In this document: positions 37,382 to 48,237 of the stretch, in pieces | Layout: each line of letters opens with the position of its first letter | Position numbering within the stretch: the first letter of the stretch is position 1 | Assembly (NCBI GenBank): GCA_963677495.2 | Contig: CAXXOU010000004.1 | Span: 576,001-640,000, forward strand | Reading direction: 5' to 3' | Source: Candidatus Cloacimonadales bacterium | Lineage (GTDB): Bacteria > Cloacimonadota > Cloacimonadia > Cloacimonadales > JAFGVF01 | Length of the DNA: 64,000 nucleotides | Position numbers and translations under genes: made by a program | Notes under the pieces: generated by a model | What the model was told of the DNA's origin: nothing | The model's database searches: none | What the model saw: the letters and a program-made list of their open reading frames with translations, nothing else

Positions 37382-39112
37382 ATGGCAAGTCGTTCCACGT
37401 CTGAATATTACAAGGAACTGAGGGATGTATCACCTGTCAGAGCGATGGCAGAGACATTACTAAACAATTCTAATGTTCGTAAAGTAACTATAGCCGAGGC
37501 TTACGAAATGGGCAGAACTCAACCGGGAGTTTCTGAAACAGATTTAGAAATTTATCCACCGTTTGTTGAGAAAATGGGATTACCTAAGGGAGCCAAAGTA
37601 CTTAATGACTGTCACGGACAGATCATAGGTAGAACAGCAAAAGCTAGAAGATTCTTTAACAGATTAGAAGAACGAGAGCAACTCAAAGTAGGTAAAGATA
37701 TTAGAGAAGCTCTATGGCAGATGCAACATCAGAAGCTGATTAAAGCTGAAGCAGTATTGGGTCGTGATAAAGATCTGATGATTAAAGCAACGTATATTAC
37801 TACAGAATCCGATGCTGTTAATGTGTTTAACTGGCTAAGTAATTTTACCCCGTTTGAATTACTTGAAGATGAGTACAAGGATTCCAAGCCATTACCTATT
37901 CAAGACATAATAATTGTAGCTTTCAATGAGTGGACAATTGACGACAAATTCTACCACAATGTTGGAGCACCTCAGTTAGCTCTAGTTGACGAGAAACAGA
38001 ATGTTATCTTCAACTTCGGTATGAGATACTTCGGAGAAAGAAAGAAAGGTACTCTCACTCTTGCCTGGACATCCGGTATGCGTCTTGGCATGGCTGCTTG
38101 TCATGGTGGAATTAAAGAGATGGACTTCACAAAGTGTGAAGCTCCTGAGCATAAAGCCTTGGGCAAACGTTCAATAGCATTCTACGGCTTATCCGGTACA
38201 GGTAAATCCTCTCATACTAACAGCATTAATAATGGTAAGACATTACCTGAAGGTGTTACAAAAGTTGTACTTCATGATGATGCGTTCCAGATTGACCCGA
38301 TGGAGAGAATCTGTCGTGTTTGGGAACCTTCACTATTCGACAAAACCGATAGTAGAGAACCTGATCATCCGGATTGGAAGTATGTGCTCTCATTAATGAA
38401 TCATGCCCAGATTACAATAAACGGTAAGAACCTACCTGTTGGTCTTGACCTCAGAAACAGTAATGGTAGAGCATTGCTTGATCGTGATCTTCTTGGTGCT
38501 TGGGTTAACAGATGTTCATTCCCAAAAGCTCTTTGCTGGTTAATGAAAGATGCTATCCTTCCTCCAATAATGAAGTTTACAGATAAATATCTTGCAGTTG
38601 CAATGGGCGCAGCTCTTGCTACAATGCGTAACAGAGCTGAGAACGTTCGTGAAGAAGAATTAAACAAACTCGTTTTCGAACCGTTTGCAAATCCATTCCG
38701 TGTTTATGAGCTTTATAAAGATGTCGAAGCATTCCTTTCACTTATCGAAAGTGGTGCTGATGTTTACTGCTTCAATTCACGTGGTTACTGGAAGTCTTCA
38801 GATTCTAAACTTGAAGCTATTCCGCTTCAAACTTCTCTTACATTGCAAACAGGTATCTTAATGGATTCAATTGAATGGGAAGCCTGGGAAACATTACCTG
38901 GTGCGATGATTCCAACTAAAGAATCAATTGATAAGATTTTACCCGGTTATTATGAGAAGTATAATCCTTACAAACGTGAGCATTATAATGACTATCTTAC
39001 TTTCGTTGAAGAAAGATTCAGTCAAAGAAGAGAGTTCTTGGATACCTCTGATTTAAGAGAGAAACCAGCTCTTCTTCTCAAACTGTTAACTTCATTGAAC
39101 ATACACAGATAG
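37382..39112 (+). CDS. Phosphoenolpyruvate carboxykinase (ATP-type fold, divergent)
   Basis: YFGERKKG, ACHGG, FYGLSGTGKS P-loop, LHDD, NSNGRA, NPFR. GGAGG RBS before ATG 37382. Confidence 0.75.
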   Translation: MASRSTSEYYKELRDVSPVRAMAETLLNNSNVRKVTIAEAYEMGRTQPGVSETDLEIYPPFVEKMGLPKGAKVLNDCHGQIIGRTAKARRFFNRLEEREQLKVGKDIREALWQMQHQKLIKAEAVLGRDKDLMIKATYITTESDAVNVFNWLSNFTPFELLEDEYKDSKPLPIQDIIIVAFNEWTIDDKFYHNVGAPQLALVDEKQNVIFNFGMRYFGERKKGTLTLAWTSGMRLGMAACHGGIKEMDFTKCEAPEHKALGKRSIAFYGLSGTGKSSHTNSINNGKTLPEGVTKVVLHDDAFQIDPMERICRVWEPSLFDKTDSREPDHPDWKYVLSLMNHAQITINGKNLPVGLDLRNSNGRALLDRDLLGAWVNRCSFPKALCWLMKDAILPPIMKFTDKYLAVAMGAALATMRNRAENVREEELNKLVFEPFANPFRVYELYKDVEAFLSLIESGADVYCFNSRGYWKSSDSKLEAIPLQTSLTLQTGILMDSIEWEAWETLPGAMIPTKESIDKILPGYYEKYNPYKREHYNDYLTFVEERFSQRREFLDTSDLREKPALLLKLLTSLNIHR

Positions 39113-39128
39113 ATAATTTAAACGATTG

Positions 39129-39155
39129 AAAGACCGGATTGTCCGGTCTTTTTTT
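39129..39155 (+). terminator. Intrinsic terminator
   Basis: AAAGACCGGA-TTG-TCCGGTCTTTTTTT. Confidence 0.8.
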
Positions 39156-39248
39156 CTGTTAACTCTCTGTTTAGTGATGTTTAATAGTGATAATATACTT
39201 TACAAAATAGAATAAATATATTTTTTAGACCAAATTTAGTCAAAAGGA

Positions 39249-41702
39249 GTGGATATGTCTACAATTCCTGCAATATGGTATATTGCCCCCGCAGGAGCAA
39301 TTATCTCTTTAATTTTCGCCTGGATATTCTTTAAAGAGGTAAAAAACAGTGACCCCGGTACAAAAGAGATGCAAACTATTGCTGCTCATGTTCGAGAAGG
39401 GGCTTTCGCTTATTTAAGGCAGCAATACAAAGGTGTTAGCATCTTCTTTATAGTAGCCTTTATTATTTTCAATGTTATGGCGCATGTTTTACATGTGCTT
39501 CACCCACTTGTTCCAGTTGCATTTTTAACAGGTGGTTTCTTCTCTGGTTTGGCAGGATTCATTGGAATGAACACTGCGACTATGGCATCTAATAGAACTG
39601 CTCAAGCATGTACGAAGAGCCTCAATCAAGGTCTTAAAGTTGCTTTCAGAGCCGGCAGTGTAATGGGGCTTATCGTTGTAGGACTAGCACTTATCGATAT
39701 TACTTTATGGTTCTACTTACTCAATTTCTTTAAAGTAGACCTTGCAACTATCACAGTTATTATGCTTAGTTTTGGTATGGGTGCATCTACTCAAGCTCTT
39801 TTCGCCAGACTTGGTGGTGGTATCTTCACAAAAGCTGCGGATGTAGGTGCTGATCTTGTGGGTAAAGTAGAAGCAGGTATTCCGGAAGATGACCCTCGTA
39901 ACCCGGCTACAATCGCTGATAATGTAGGTGATAATGTAGGTGACGTTGCTGGTATGGGTGCTGACCTTTATGAATCATATGCAGGTTCAATTCTTGCTAC
40001 AGCTGCTCTTGGTATGGCTGCTGTTACACAGAATCCAACTTGGGCAGATTATGCAGTTAAATTTGTTACAGCTCCAATGGTTCTAGCCGGTATCGGAGCA
40101 TTCTTATCAATAATTGGTATTTTCCTTGTATCATCTAAAGAATCTGCAGGAACTAAAGAGCTTATGTTCGCTTTAAACAAAAGTGTTTATGGTAGTTCTG
40201 TTCTTATCGCAATTGCTTCTTTCTTTGTTACAAAACATATGCTTCCTAAAGAACTAGCATTTGGTGTATTTATCTCATCAGTAGTTGGATTGATTGCCGG
40301 TATTCTGATTGGATACTTCACGGAACGCTTCACATCAGACAGTTATAAACCAACTCGAGGTATCTCGAAACAGGGTCAATACGGTCCTGCAACAGTTATT
40401 ATTGATGGACTTGCTGTTGGTATGAAATCTACATTTGCACCTGTAGTAATTATCGGTATCGCTATTCTTATTGCTTTCAGTGTTAGTGGTGGTTGGAATA
40501 GTATCGAAAGTGGTCTCTATGGTATCGGTTTTGGTGCTGTTGGAATGCTTGCAACTCTTGGTGTTACTCTAGCAATGGATGCATTTGGCCCTATCGCTGA
40601 TAATGCCGGTGGTAATGCTGAAATGTGTCATCTTCCTAAAGATGTAAGAAAGAAAACAGATGCTCTTGACTCTGTTGGAAACACTACAGCTGCTACAGGT
40701 AAAGGTTTCGCTATCGGTTCTGCAGCACTTACTGCAATGGCTCTTCTTGCTGCTTATCTCGAAGAGGTTAGAGCAGGATTCGTACATTTAGGTCGTGAAG
40801 CAATTGATGGTGCTCCAATTGCACTAGCATCGGTAGAGAACTTCATTAATCATTACAATGTGCATCTAATGAATCCTAAATTCCTTATCGGTATCTTCCT
40901 TGGTGCTATGACAGCATATCTTTTCTCAGCATACACAATGAAAGCTGTTGGTAATGCAGCCGGTGATATGGTTGCTGAAGTGAGAAGACAGTTCAAAGAG
41001 ATTAAAGGTATTTTAGAAGGGAAAGCTACTCCTGATTATAAACGTTGTGTAATGATATCGACTAAGAGTGCACAGCGTGAGATGCTTCTCCCTGCACTTA
41101 TCGGTATTATAACTCCTATCATTGTAGGTCTTATCCTTGGTGTTGCAGGTGTTCTCGGACTTCTTGCAGGTTCACTTGCAAGTGGGTTAGTGCTTGCTAT
41201 TATGATGAACAACTCAGGTGGTGCTTGGGATAACGCTAAGAAGTTCGTTGAAGCTGGAAACTTTGGTGGTAAAGGCTCTGAAGTTCATAAAGCTACTGTT
41301 GTTGGTGACACTGTGGGTGATCCTTTCAAAGATACAGCCGGTCCATCAATCAACATTCTTATCAAACTTATGAGTATGGTAAGTATTGTTTTTGCAGGGC
41401 TTATTGTGGCGTATTCTCCGGTAATTGAAGCTACTTACTCACCAATCAACGATAACTATTCAATTTCAAAAGAGTGGCAGGCAGCACACCCTACTCAGAG
41501 TGAATGTACACTTCAAACAACAGGCGAAATGTGTGATGATTGTGTAGCTAAAGGTGGTTGTGATTCTGAATGCTTAGAAGATGCATCACATGTTCATGAA
41601 CATGAAGAGCATGAGTGCACAATGGAAACAACCGGAGAGATGTGTGATGATTGCAAAGCTAAAGGCGGATGTGATGAGTCATGTCTTGAAGGCTCACATT
41701 AA
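39249..41702 (+). CDS. hppA: Membrane-integral ion-translocating pyrophosphatase (K+-dependent type, probably Na+-PPase) with a Cys/His-rich C-terminal extension
   Basis: [35 protein letters not shown] (Ala, K+-dependent signature), [19 protein letters not shown]. Confidence 0.96.
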   Translation: MDMSTIPAIWYIAPAGAIISLIFAWIFFKEVKNSDPGTKEMQTIAAHVREGAFAYLRQQYKGVSIFFIVAFIIFNVMAHVLHVLHPLVPVAFLTGGFFSGLAGFIGMNTATMASNRTAQACTKSLNQGLKVAFRAGSVMGLIVVGLALIDITLWFYLLNFFKVDLATITVIMLSFGMGASTQALFARLGGGIFTKAADVGADLVGKVEAGIPEDDPRNPATIADNVGDNVGDVAGMGADLYESYAGSILATAALGMAAVTQNPTWADYAVKFVTAPMVLAGIGAFLSIIGIFLVSSKESAGTKELMFALNKSVYGSSVLIAIASFFVTKHMLPKELAFGVFISSVVGLIAGILIGYFTERFTSDSYKPTRGISKQGQYGPATVIIDGLAVGMKSTFAPVVIIGIAILIAFSVSGGWNSIESGLYGIGFGAVGMLATLGVTLAMDAFGPIADNAGGNAEMCHLPKDVRKKTDALDSVGNTTAATGKGFAIGSAALTAMALLAAYLEEVRAGFVHLGREAIDGAPIALASVENFINHYNVHLMNPKFLIGIFLGAMTAYLFSAYTMKAVGNAAGDMVAEVRRQFKEIKGILEGKATPDYKRCVMISTKSAQREMLLPALIGIITPIIVGLILGVAGVLGLLAGSLASGLVLAIMMNNSGGAWDNAKKFVEAGNFGGKGSEVHKATVVGDTVGDPFKDTAGPSINILIKLMSMVSIVFAGLIVAYSPVIEATYSPINDNYSISKEWQAAHPTQSECTLQTTGEMCDDCVAKGGCDSECLEDASHVHEHEEHECTMETTGEMCDDCKAKGGCDESCLEGSH

Positions 41703-41729
41703 TTAATAAACATATCCTATTATATACAG

Positions 41730-41764
41730 CAGGTTGTTGTGGGTTCACAACAACCTGTATTTTT
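41730..41764 (+). terminator. Intrinsic terminator
   Basis: CAGGTTGTTGTG-GGTT-CACAACAACCTG followed by TATTTTT. Confidence 0.8.
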
Positions 41765-41810
41765 ATTCTCTATTTTATCAACAGTTCTTTACAAAGACAA
41801 TAAATTTATC

Positions 41811-42012
41811 TACACAGCGTCTTTTGCAATAACTTAGCTACATCTCATGTCCTTTTTACTCTCTTTAACTGCTCTATCCATCAACGCACTGTGTTAGCAC
41901 TGTGCACGCACTGTGAAGGCACTGTCAACCCACTGTTTCACTGGGTGCACAGTGCGTGCACAGTGGGAAAACAGTGCGTTAATAGGGTTTTGGTTGATAG
42001 ATTGATGCAAGA
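41811..42012. repeat. Copy 2 of the type A 11-bp-phased element
   Basis: CACTG at 41887, 41898, 41909, 41920, 41931 and CAGTG at 41950, 41961, 41972. Colinear with 4308-4510. Confidence 0.85.
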
Positions 42013-42201
42013 GAAAAGAAACACACTATTACGGGTATGGACTTGAATAATTCTTTATGTAAAAATGCACTAGTTTCTAAACTACATTAGTTTGTCTTCA
42101 TTCATAGCATAACAGAAATTGTTTAATTATTCTAGTAAATTGTGCTTGACACCATCAGCAAATCCATCCAAGACATTTCGGATATACTAAATAGGATAAT
42201 T

Positions 42202-43011
42202 ATGAGTTTATTAGAGATATTTTCACAGATTAACAGCTATGATTATGACCCGATCAATATTAATGGTACAGTGATAAAACCTGATGGTTATCACATCATT
42301 GCCGGTCCATGTACAATTGAGTCAAAAACTGACCTTGAGTTTATTGCGGGTGAGTTGAATCGAATAGGAGTACACTTTATTCGTGGCGGAGCTTTTAAGC
42401 TTAGAACTAATGCAAATGCTTTTTGCGGACTTGGTACTGAAGCCTTAGGCTGGCTTAAAGAGATAGGGGAGAAGTACAACCTGATAACTGTGAGTGAACT
42501 GACTGATATCTCCCATCTTGATGAGATGACAGATAAAGTTGATATTCTGCTAGTTGGAACACGCAATATGCTTAATTATCCGCTACTAACAGCAGTAGGA
42601 AAATCTGGTAAACCTGTAATCCTCAAAAGAGGAATGAGCAGTACTGTGGGGGAATGGTTACAGGCTGCAGAATATATTCTTAAAGAGGGAAACTCAAAAC
42701 TTATTTTATGTGAACGTGGTATTAGAACTTTTGATTCTATAACAAGGAATACATACGATATAACTGCAATCCCATTGCTAAGACAGAATCTTAAGTTCCC
42801 AATTATCGGTGATCCATCACATGCTACCGGACTAAGAGAGTTGATAAAATCTGTTAGCCTAGCTACAGTATCTATTGGTGCAAGTGGACTTATGGTTGAA
42901 GCTCATAATGAGCCCGAATCAGTAAAAGTAGATGCCAGACAGACAATAGATTTAGTCACACTGGAAGAGATTGTAAAACAGTCTCGAAAAATAGTTAAAC
43001 TTCTTAATTGA
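42202..43011 (+). CDS. aroF: 3-deoxy-7-phosphoheptulonate (DAHP) synthase, type I-beta
   Basis: IAGPCTIE, RGGAFK.RT, LKRG, CERGIRTF, DPSHATG, MVEAH. Confidence 0.85.
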   Translation: MSLLEIFSQINSYDYDPININGTVIKPDGYHIIAGPCTIESKTDLEFIAGELNRIGVHFIRGGAFKLRTNANAFCGLGTEALGWLKEIGEKYNLITVSELTDISHLDEMTDKVDILLVGTRNMLNYPLLTAVGKSGKPVILKRGMSSTVGEWLQAAEYILKEGNSKLILCERGIRTFDSITRNTYDITAIPLLRQNLKFPIIGDPSHATGLRELIKSVSLATVSIGASGLMVEAHNEPESVKVDARQTIDLVTLEEIVKQSRKIVKLLN

Positions 43012-43111
43012 CGCAAATTATTGAAATTAATTATTGCCATCTGATATAAATAACCTTGACTTTATGAAATAATCAGAAATATAAGGTAATAAGTAATATA
43101 TAGAGGAAGTA

Positions 43112-43744
43112 ATGGTTAATATAATATTGATTGGAAAACAAGGAAGCGGTAAGGGCACACAAGCCAAGCTTTTAGCGAAGAAGTTCAATCTTGAACACAT
43201 TAATACCGGTGCTTTGTTCCGCAAACACATAGAAAATGAGACTGATATTGGTTTGATTGCAGATGCATACATTCAAATGGGTGCACTGGTTCCGGATAAG
43301 TTCGTTTTCCAGCTGATAGAAGAGAGTATTGAGCCGGATATTAAAGGCTTAGTGTTTGACGGTTTCCCAAGAACTCTTGAGCAGGCTGCTTATGTAGTAG
43401 ATCGATATCATATTGATAAAGTTATCTATTTAAGTTTACCAGTTGAAGTAGCAAAAGAACGCATTACTTCCAGAGTTGAATGTAAAGATTGTGGTAAAAC
43501 TTACAACTTACTTACTTCACCACCTGTGAAGGAGAAGGTATGTGATATTTGTGGTGGAGTTGTGGGCCCACGTGCAGACGATAAACCTGAAGCTATCGAG
43601 AAACGTATTTCTGAGTTCTTAGAGAAAACAAAAGTTCAGTTAGACTATTTTTCTAAATATGGAATCGTTGAAACAATCGATGCAAATGACTCTGTTGAAA
43701 ACGTTAGTATTAAAATCTCGGAGATAGTAGAGAAACTCTTTTAA
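43112..43744 (+). CDS. adk: Adenylate kinase with zinc-binding LID
   Basis: GKQGSGKGTQA, DGFPRT, CxxC...CxxC lid, RADD. Confidence 0.9.
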   Translation: MVNIILIGKQGSGKGTQAKLLAKKFNLEHINTGALFRKHIENETDIGLIADAYIQMGALVPDKFVFQLIEESIEPDIKGLVFDGFPRTLEQAAYVVDRYHIDKVIYLSLPVEVAKERITSRVECKDCGKTYNLLTSPPVKEKVCDICGGVVGPRADDKPEAIEKRISEFLEKTKVQLDYFSKYGIVETIDANDSVENVSIKISEIVEKLF

Positions 43745-43747
43745 TAT

Positions 43748-45487
43748 ATGGAAAATAATTCCCGGCTGAGACTTGTAAAAGTAATTCAGGCTTTACTCGG
43801 TACTGCCGGGATTATTAACTTTCTAATTCTATTCTTCTCGCCAGTTTTACAGCATATCTTTGGTTCTATCCAGTTCCTTTACCCCTATTCTACAACTTTA
43901 ATGGGTATTTTCAGTATCTATTATGCTCTACGGTTTGTAGATTGGTTGAACTCAAAAGAACGAACCTTTTTATTAGCATCAAATAGCTTGATTTTATTAA
44001 TATCAGGAATAACTCTTTTTATTAAACCTATGTTATTCCTATTGGTTATCCTGATTCGTGAGATATATGTTCTCATAAAGACTATCAGCTCTTCATTTCA
44101 GTCAAGACTAGCTAGGACAAATAATAAGCGATCAGAAGTATATCAGAATACTTTTTTCTCAAGGTTAAGTCGTAATCCCGCGATAGCTTTAATGTTTAGT
44201 TTCTTTGTAACCATTATCTTAGGAACTTTTTTGTTGATGCATCCACAGAGTAGTGCAAGTGGTGAGATAACACCATTTGTAGATGCTCTATTCACTTCAA
44301 CATCTGCCACATGTGTGACAGGGCTTATTGTCTATGATACAGGAACTTATTGGTCTCAGGTAGGGCAGATAATAATCTTGATACTGATTCAGATTGGTGG
44401 ACTTGGAATCATGACTATTTCAACTGCATTTGCTATAATACTGGGTCAAAAATTAACAATATCTACTCAGCAAGTAATGCAAAATGTTGTGGGTGAATCC
44501 AATAGGATTGATTTCTATACGCTGCTAAAGTCGATCTTGTCGTTGACCTTTATCTTTGAATTAGTAGGGGCTGTAATACTACTATTCCAGTTTCGAGACC
44601 ATCTCCCGACTTTAGGTGATGCGATTTATCATTCTGTATTTCATTCGATATCGGCATTTTGCAACGCAGGTTTTGCTTTGTATCCTGATAGTTTTGTATC
44701 TTACCAGACTAATCCAACGGTGGTGATGACTTTAAGTTTCCTTATCATTTTTGGTGGTATTGGATTTGCAGTAATTAATGATATTAGGTTTAATTTTCTT
44801 AAAAAGTTTGCTTTTAGTAGGCTGACTTTACATTCAAAAATAGTGCTCATCACAACCGGTTGCTTGTTGGTAGGTGGCACTGCATTATTCTTCCTATCTG
44901 AGTTCAGAAACACAATGGTAGATTTCAGGTTTGGTACAAGGATATTGAATTCCTGGTTCCAATCAGTAACCTGTAGAACTGCCGGATTTAATACAATTGA
45001 TCAAGGAAATCTTACTAATGGCTCAACCTTGGTAAGTTTAGTACTTATGTTTATTGGTGCCTCTCCGGGATCAACCGGTGGTGGTTTAAAGACAACAACA
45101 ATAGCCTTACTTATGATAGCTATGTTTGCCAATCTGAAAGGTACAACAGATATAAACGCGTTTAAAAGGAAGATTTCAACGAAATCCTTCCGTGAAGTGA
45201 TGACTCTTATGGCAATAGCTGTATCTGCGTTAGTAGCATTGACGTTTGTGCTAATGCTTACTGAGAGTTTAGGGTTTAAAGAGTTGTGCTTTGAAGCAGT
45301 TTCAGCGTTTGCCACTGTTGGACTCTCAATGGGCATTACTGCTGACCTAAGCTCTTGGGGAAAAGTGATTGTTGTTCTTCTCATGTATCTTGGACGTATA
45401 GGTCCGATGACTTTGATTTATGCTACTACACTGCACATAGTAAAGGTGCGTGTTCAGTATAATCAAGAAAATGTTTCAATAGGATAA
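43748..45487 (+). CDS. ktrB: Trk/Ktr K+ uptake membrane subunit (KtrB/TrkH) with an N-terminal extension
   Basis: SATCVTGL, SAFCNAGF, RTAGF, STGGG.K and SAFATVGLS selectivity-filter repeats. Confidence 0.9.
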   Translation: MENNSRLRLVKVIQALLGTAGIINFLILFFSPVLQHIFGSIQFLYPYSTTLMGIFSIYYALRFVDWLNSKERTFLLASNSLILLISGITLFIKPMLFLLVILIREIYVLIKTISSSFQSRLARTNNKRSEVYQNTFFSRLSRNPAIALMFSFFVTIILGTFLLMHPQSSASGEITPFVDALFTSTSATCVTGLIVYDTGTYWSQVGQIIILILIQIGGLGIMTISTAFAIILGQKLTISTQQVMQNVVGESNRIDFYTLLKSILSLTFIFELVGAVILLFQFRDHLPTLGDAIYHSVFHSISAFCNAGFALYPDSFVSYQTNPTVVMTLSFLIIFGGIGFAVINDIRFNFLKKFAFSRLTLHSKIVLITTGCLLVGGTALFFLSEFRNTMVDFRFGTRILNSWFQSVTCRTAGFNTIDQGNLTNGSTLVSLVLMFIGASPGSTGGGLKTTTIALLMIAMFANLKGTTDINAFKRKISTKSFREVMTLMAIAVSALVALTFVLMLTESLGFKELCFEAVSAFATVGLSMGITADLSSWGKVIVVLLMYLGRIGPMTLIYATTLHIVKVRVQYNQENVSIG

Positions 45488-45496
45488 GAGGTATTT

Positions 45497-46192
45497 ATGG
45501 CAAAATTTGCAGTAATAGGATTGGGTAGATTTGGTTCTACCGTCGCAAAGACATTGTTTGAAAACGGAAACGAAGTAATTGCAATAGATGTAAATGCAGA
45601 TAAAGTTGAAGATATAAACAAGTTTGCAACTCAACCGTTAGTACTTGATTCAACTAATGAAAGAGCTCTCAAAACAGTTGGTTTAGAGTACATGGATGCT
45701 GTGATACTTGGTATTGGTAGCCATATTGAAGAGAGTATTCTTACAGCAGCCATTCTTAAGAAGCTAGGCGTGAACAATATTTACGCAAAAGTTGATAATG
45801 AGTTGCATGCTAGAATCCTTAAGCTCATCGGTGTGAAACAGATTTATCTCCCTGAGCAGATGGTTGGTCTGCAACTTGCAAGAAGTCTATCAACAAAGAA
45901 TATATTTGAATTTGTAAATCTTTCTTCAGGTCATGTACTTGTCGAGATGAACTCACCTAAAGAGTTTATCGGTCAGACTTTACAAGAAATTGCTTTACCT
46001 ACCACTTACGGTATTCATGTAGTTGCAATTAAATATAATGAGTTAAAGGTTACTGATTCAGGAGACAATATAGTTGATCAGAAGATTAATGACTTACCGG
46101 GTGCTACAGATATTATCCACGAAGATGATATATTAGTATTATTAGGTGCCAGAAATTCCGTTAATGAGCTCTTGAAGAAATACTCGAAATAG
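45497..46192 (+). CDS. ktrA: Trk/Ktr regulatory NAD-binding subunit
   Basis: IGLGRFG, RCK-N and RCK-C domains. Confidence 0.9.
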   Translation: MAKFAVIGLGRFGSTVAKTLFENGNEVIAIDVNADKVEDINKFATQPLVLDSTNERALKTVGLEYMDAVILGIGSHIEESILTAAILKKLGVNNIYAKVDNELHARILKLIGVKQIYLPEQMVGLQLARSLSTKNIFEFVNLSSGHVLVEMNSPKEFIGQTLQEIALPTTYGIHVVAIKYNELKVTDSGDNIVDQKINDLPGATDIIHEDDILVLLGARNSVNELLKKYSK

Positions 46193-46194
46193 AG

Positions 46195-46431
46195 ATGCCA
46201 AGAAGAAAACCTTGGAAAGTTCTTTTGTGGTTTACACCCTTTTTGGTGTTGATTGCGTTGCAACCTGTAATCATACGAATACCTAAAAGAACGTTTCAAC
46301 TTGTAATCTTACTTGAATTAATACTCTTGACAATTGTTATTGTCTGTGTGGGTATCATCTACAAATATTTTAAAAAGAAATTTAGAGAGATAAATGAACT
46401 ATCCGGAGAAATTGAGGTTTTAGATGAATAA
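46195..46431 (+). CDS. Small membrane protein, hypothetical
   Basis: Two hydrophobic segments, closely packed with its neighbours. Confidence 0.55.
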   Translation: MPRRKPWKVLLWFTPFLVLIALQPVIIRIPKRTFQLVILLELILLTIVIVCVGIIYKYFKKKFREINELSGEIEVLDE

Positions 46432-47200
46432 AAGATCATTTACAGCAATCCTGAGAGTTTCGTTAGTGATTGTATTTATGTTGCTTACGATTCAAAGTGC
46501 ATTGATGATTAGAACGATAGATGCAGGTATAAAATGGGAACAAAAAGCTATAGATTTACAGAACATAATCTATATCTTTGTCTTTATACAATTCACATTA
46601 CTTCTTGTAGTGTTTTTCTATGTCCCTTTCAGAATCAAAACAACGTTGCAATCGCTTGAGCGTGTTATTAAGAGCATATCAGAATGGGCTCCAACCCTTG
46701 ATATGATTGAAACACAGATGGCTTCTGAGAAAGAGATGGCTCCGATTGTGGAAGTTATTGATAAAATGTATAATAACATCCATAAGTTTGATCAGCAGAA
46801 GAAGCTTAAGATTTATGAACAACATAGTCGTATTCAGAGCATTCTAAAACTTGCAGATAAAGAATTTATAGTTCTGACTATGCAGGGAGTTATTGCTTAT
46901 TGTTCTGAATCATTAACTGATAGATATCCCTCTATGCATGTTGATGTGAATATTCATGAAACAACTTTCGCTCCTGAAATTGAGAAGACAGTGATTGCAT
47001 ATTATAAAGAGGTAGTAAACTCTGGTCATACAATTGAGGAGAAGGAGAACTATCTCGAGAAGTTGCAGAAGAAGATTTCTATTCAAAATCAGATAGTTAG
47101 AGATTCTGAATCTATGCCTATCGGTGTAATTATTGCAATCAAAGAGGAAATTAAAGAGAAGAAACAGCAGGTTAATAATCAAACAAATGACAGCAAATAG
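46424..47200 (+). CDS. Two-TM protein with HAMP-like and PAS-like segments and no kinase domain
   Basis: TM-TM, HAMP-like spacing (E...I..M...I..FD), PAS-like IVL..QGVIAYCSE and VRDSE..PIGVIIAI. Confidence 0.55.
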   Translation: MNKRSFTAILRVSLVIVFMLLTIQSALMIRTIDAGIKWEQKAIDLQNIIYIFVFIQFTLLLVVFFYVPFRIKTTLQSLERVIKSISEWAPTLDMIETQMASEKEMAPIVEVIDKMYNNIHKFDQQKKLKIYEQHSRIQSILKLADKEFIVLTMQGVIAYCSESLTDRYPSMHVDVNIHETTFAPEIEKTVIAYYKEVVNSGHTIEEKENYLEKLQKKISIQNQIVRDSESMPIGVIIAIKEEIKEKKQQVNNQTNDSK

Positions 47201-48185
47201 AAGAGAAACAACCATTGCTTTCGAGGGCTCTAATAACCCAAGAATCGATAAATACTTGGCAACATTGAAACATGATGAACTCTACTCACGTTCACAAATT
47301 GAGAAACTAATAAAAGATGGATCAGTAACTGTTAACGGTTCTCTTGTGAAGAAGAACTATAAGCTTGAGCAAAATGATTCAATACATATTGTATTTCCTA
47401 TCCCTGAACCAACAGAAGTGATTCCACAAGATATTCCTCTTAATATTATCTATGAAGATGATTATCTGGCTGTTATCAATAAACCGATTGGGCTTGTAGT
47501 GCATCCGGGGACAGGCAACAGAGAGAACACGCTGGTACATGGTTTAGTTCACCACTTCAAAGAGAATTTATCTAATGGCTCAGATAAGTTAAGACCGGGT
47601 ATTGTACATCGTCTGGATAAAGATACTTCAGGTGTACTCATTGTAGCGAAAGAGGATAGAACTCATTCTTTATTGCAAACTATGTTTATGAACAAAGAGA
47701 TTAAGAAGACCTATAGAGCAATTTGTGTTGGAACTCCTAAACAAAGTAGTGGTACAATTGAAACATTTTTAGAGCGTGACCCCGGTAATCCGATTAAGAT
47801 TAGAACTGCTGAATCAGGAAAATGGTCAGTTACGCATTATGAGATACTAAAGTATTTTCATTACTTCACCTATTTGGATATTGATTTAGAAACCGGTAGA
47901 ACCCATCAAATTAGAGTTCACTTAAGCAGCCTTAATCTTCCAATACTTGGAGATAGACTCTATAATTCTGCAGAAGTTACATCCACTCGAATTCAACCAA
48001 ATTACAGAAAGAAACTCAAGAATCTTTTAGAAAAACACCTTCCGGTACAAGCTCTACATGCTTATAAAATTGCTTTTAAACATCCAATTACCGGAGATGA
48101 TATGGAGTTTAAAGCTCCTTTACCTAAACACTTCGAGTATGCACTTAAGTGGCTCGAAGAGAACTTTGCTCTTGATGAGCAATAA
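47187..48185 (+). CDS. rluD: RluA/RluD family pseudouridine synthase
   Basis: S4 domain RIDKYL, NKP.GLVVHPG, IVHRLDKDTSG, GRTHQIRVH. Confidence 0.93.
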   Translation: MTANRRETTIAFEGSNNPRIDKYLATLKHDELYSRSQIEKLIKDGSVTVNGSLVKKNYKLEQNDSIHIVFPIPEPTEVIPQDIPLNIIYEDDYLAVINKPIGLVVHPGTGNRENTLVHGLVHHFKENLSNGSDKLRPGIVHRLDKDTSGVLIVAKEDRTHSLLQTMFMNKEIKKTYRAICVGTPKQSSGTIETFLERDPGNPIKIRTAESGKWSVTHYEILKYFHYFTYLDIDLETGRTHQIRVHLSSLNLPILGDRLYNSAEVTSTRIQPNYRKKLKNLLEKHLPVQALHAYKIAFKHPITGDDMEFKAPLPKHFEYALKWLEENFALDEQ

Positions 48186-48237
48186 GTTTCTATTGACATG
48201 CACAATAATACAAGTTTGGTAGAAGAAAGGTACAATT

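Noticed and set aside
42202..43011. DAHP synthase lacking a regulatory domain as a novelty
   Set aside because: Unregulated type I-beta enzymes are already known.
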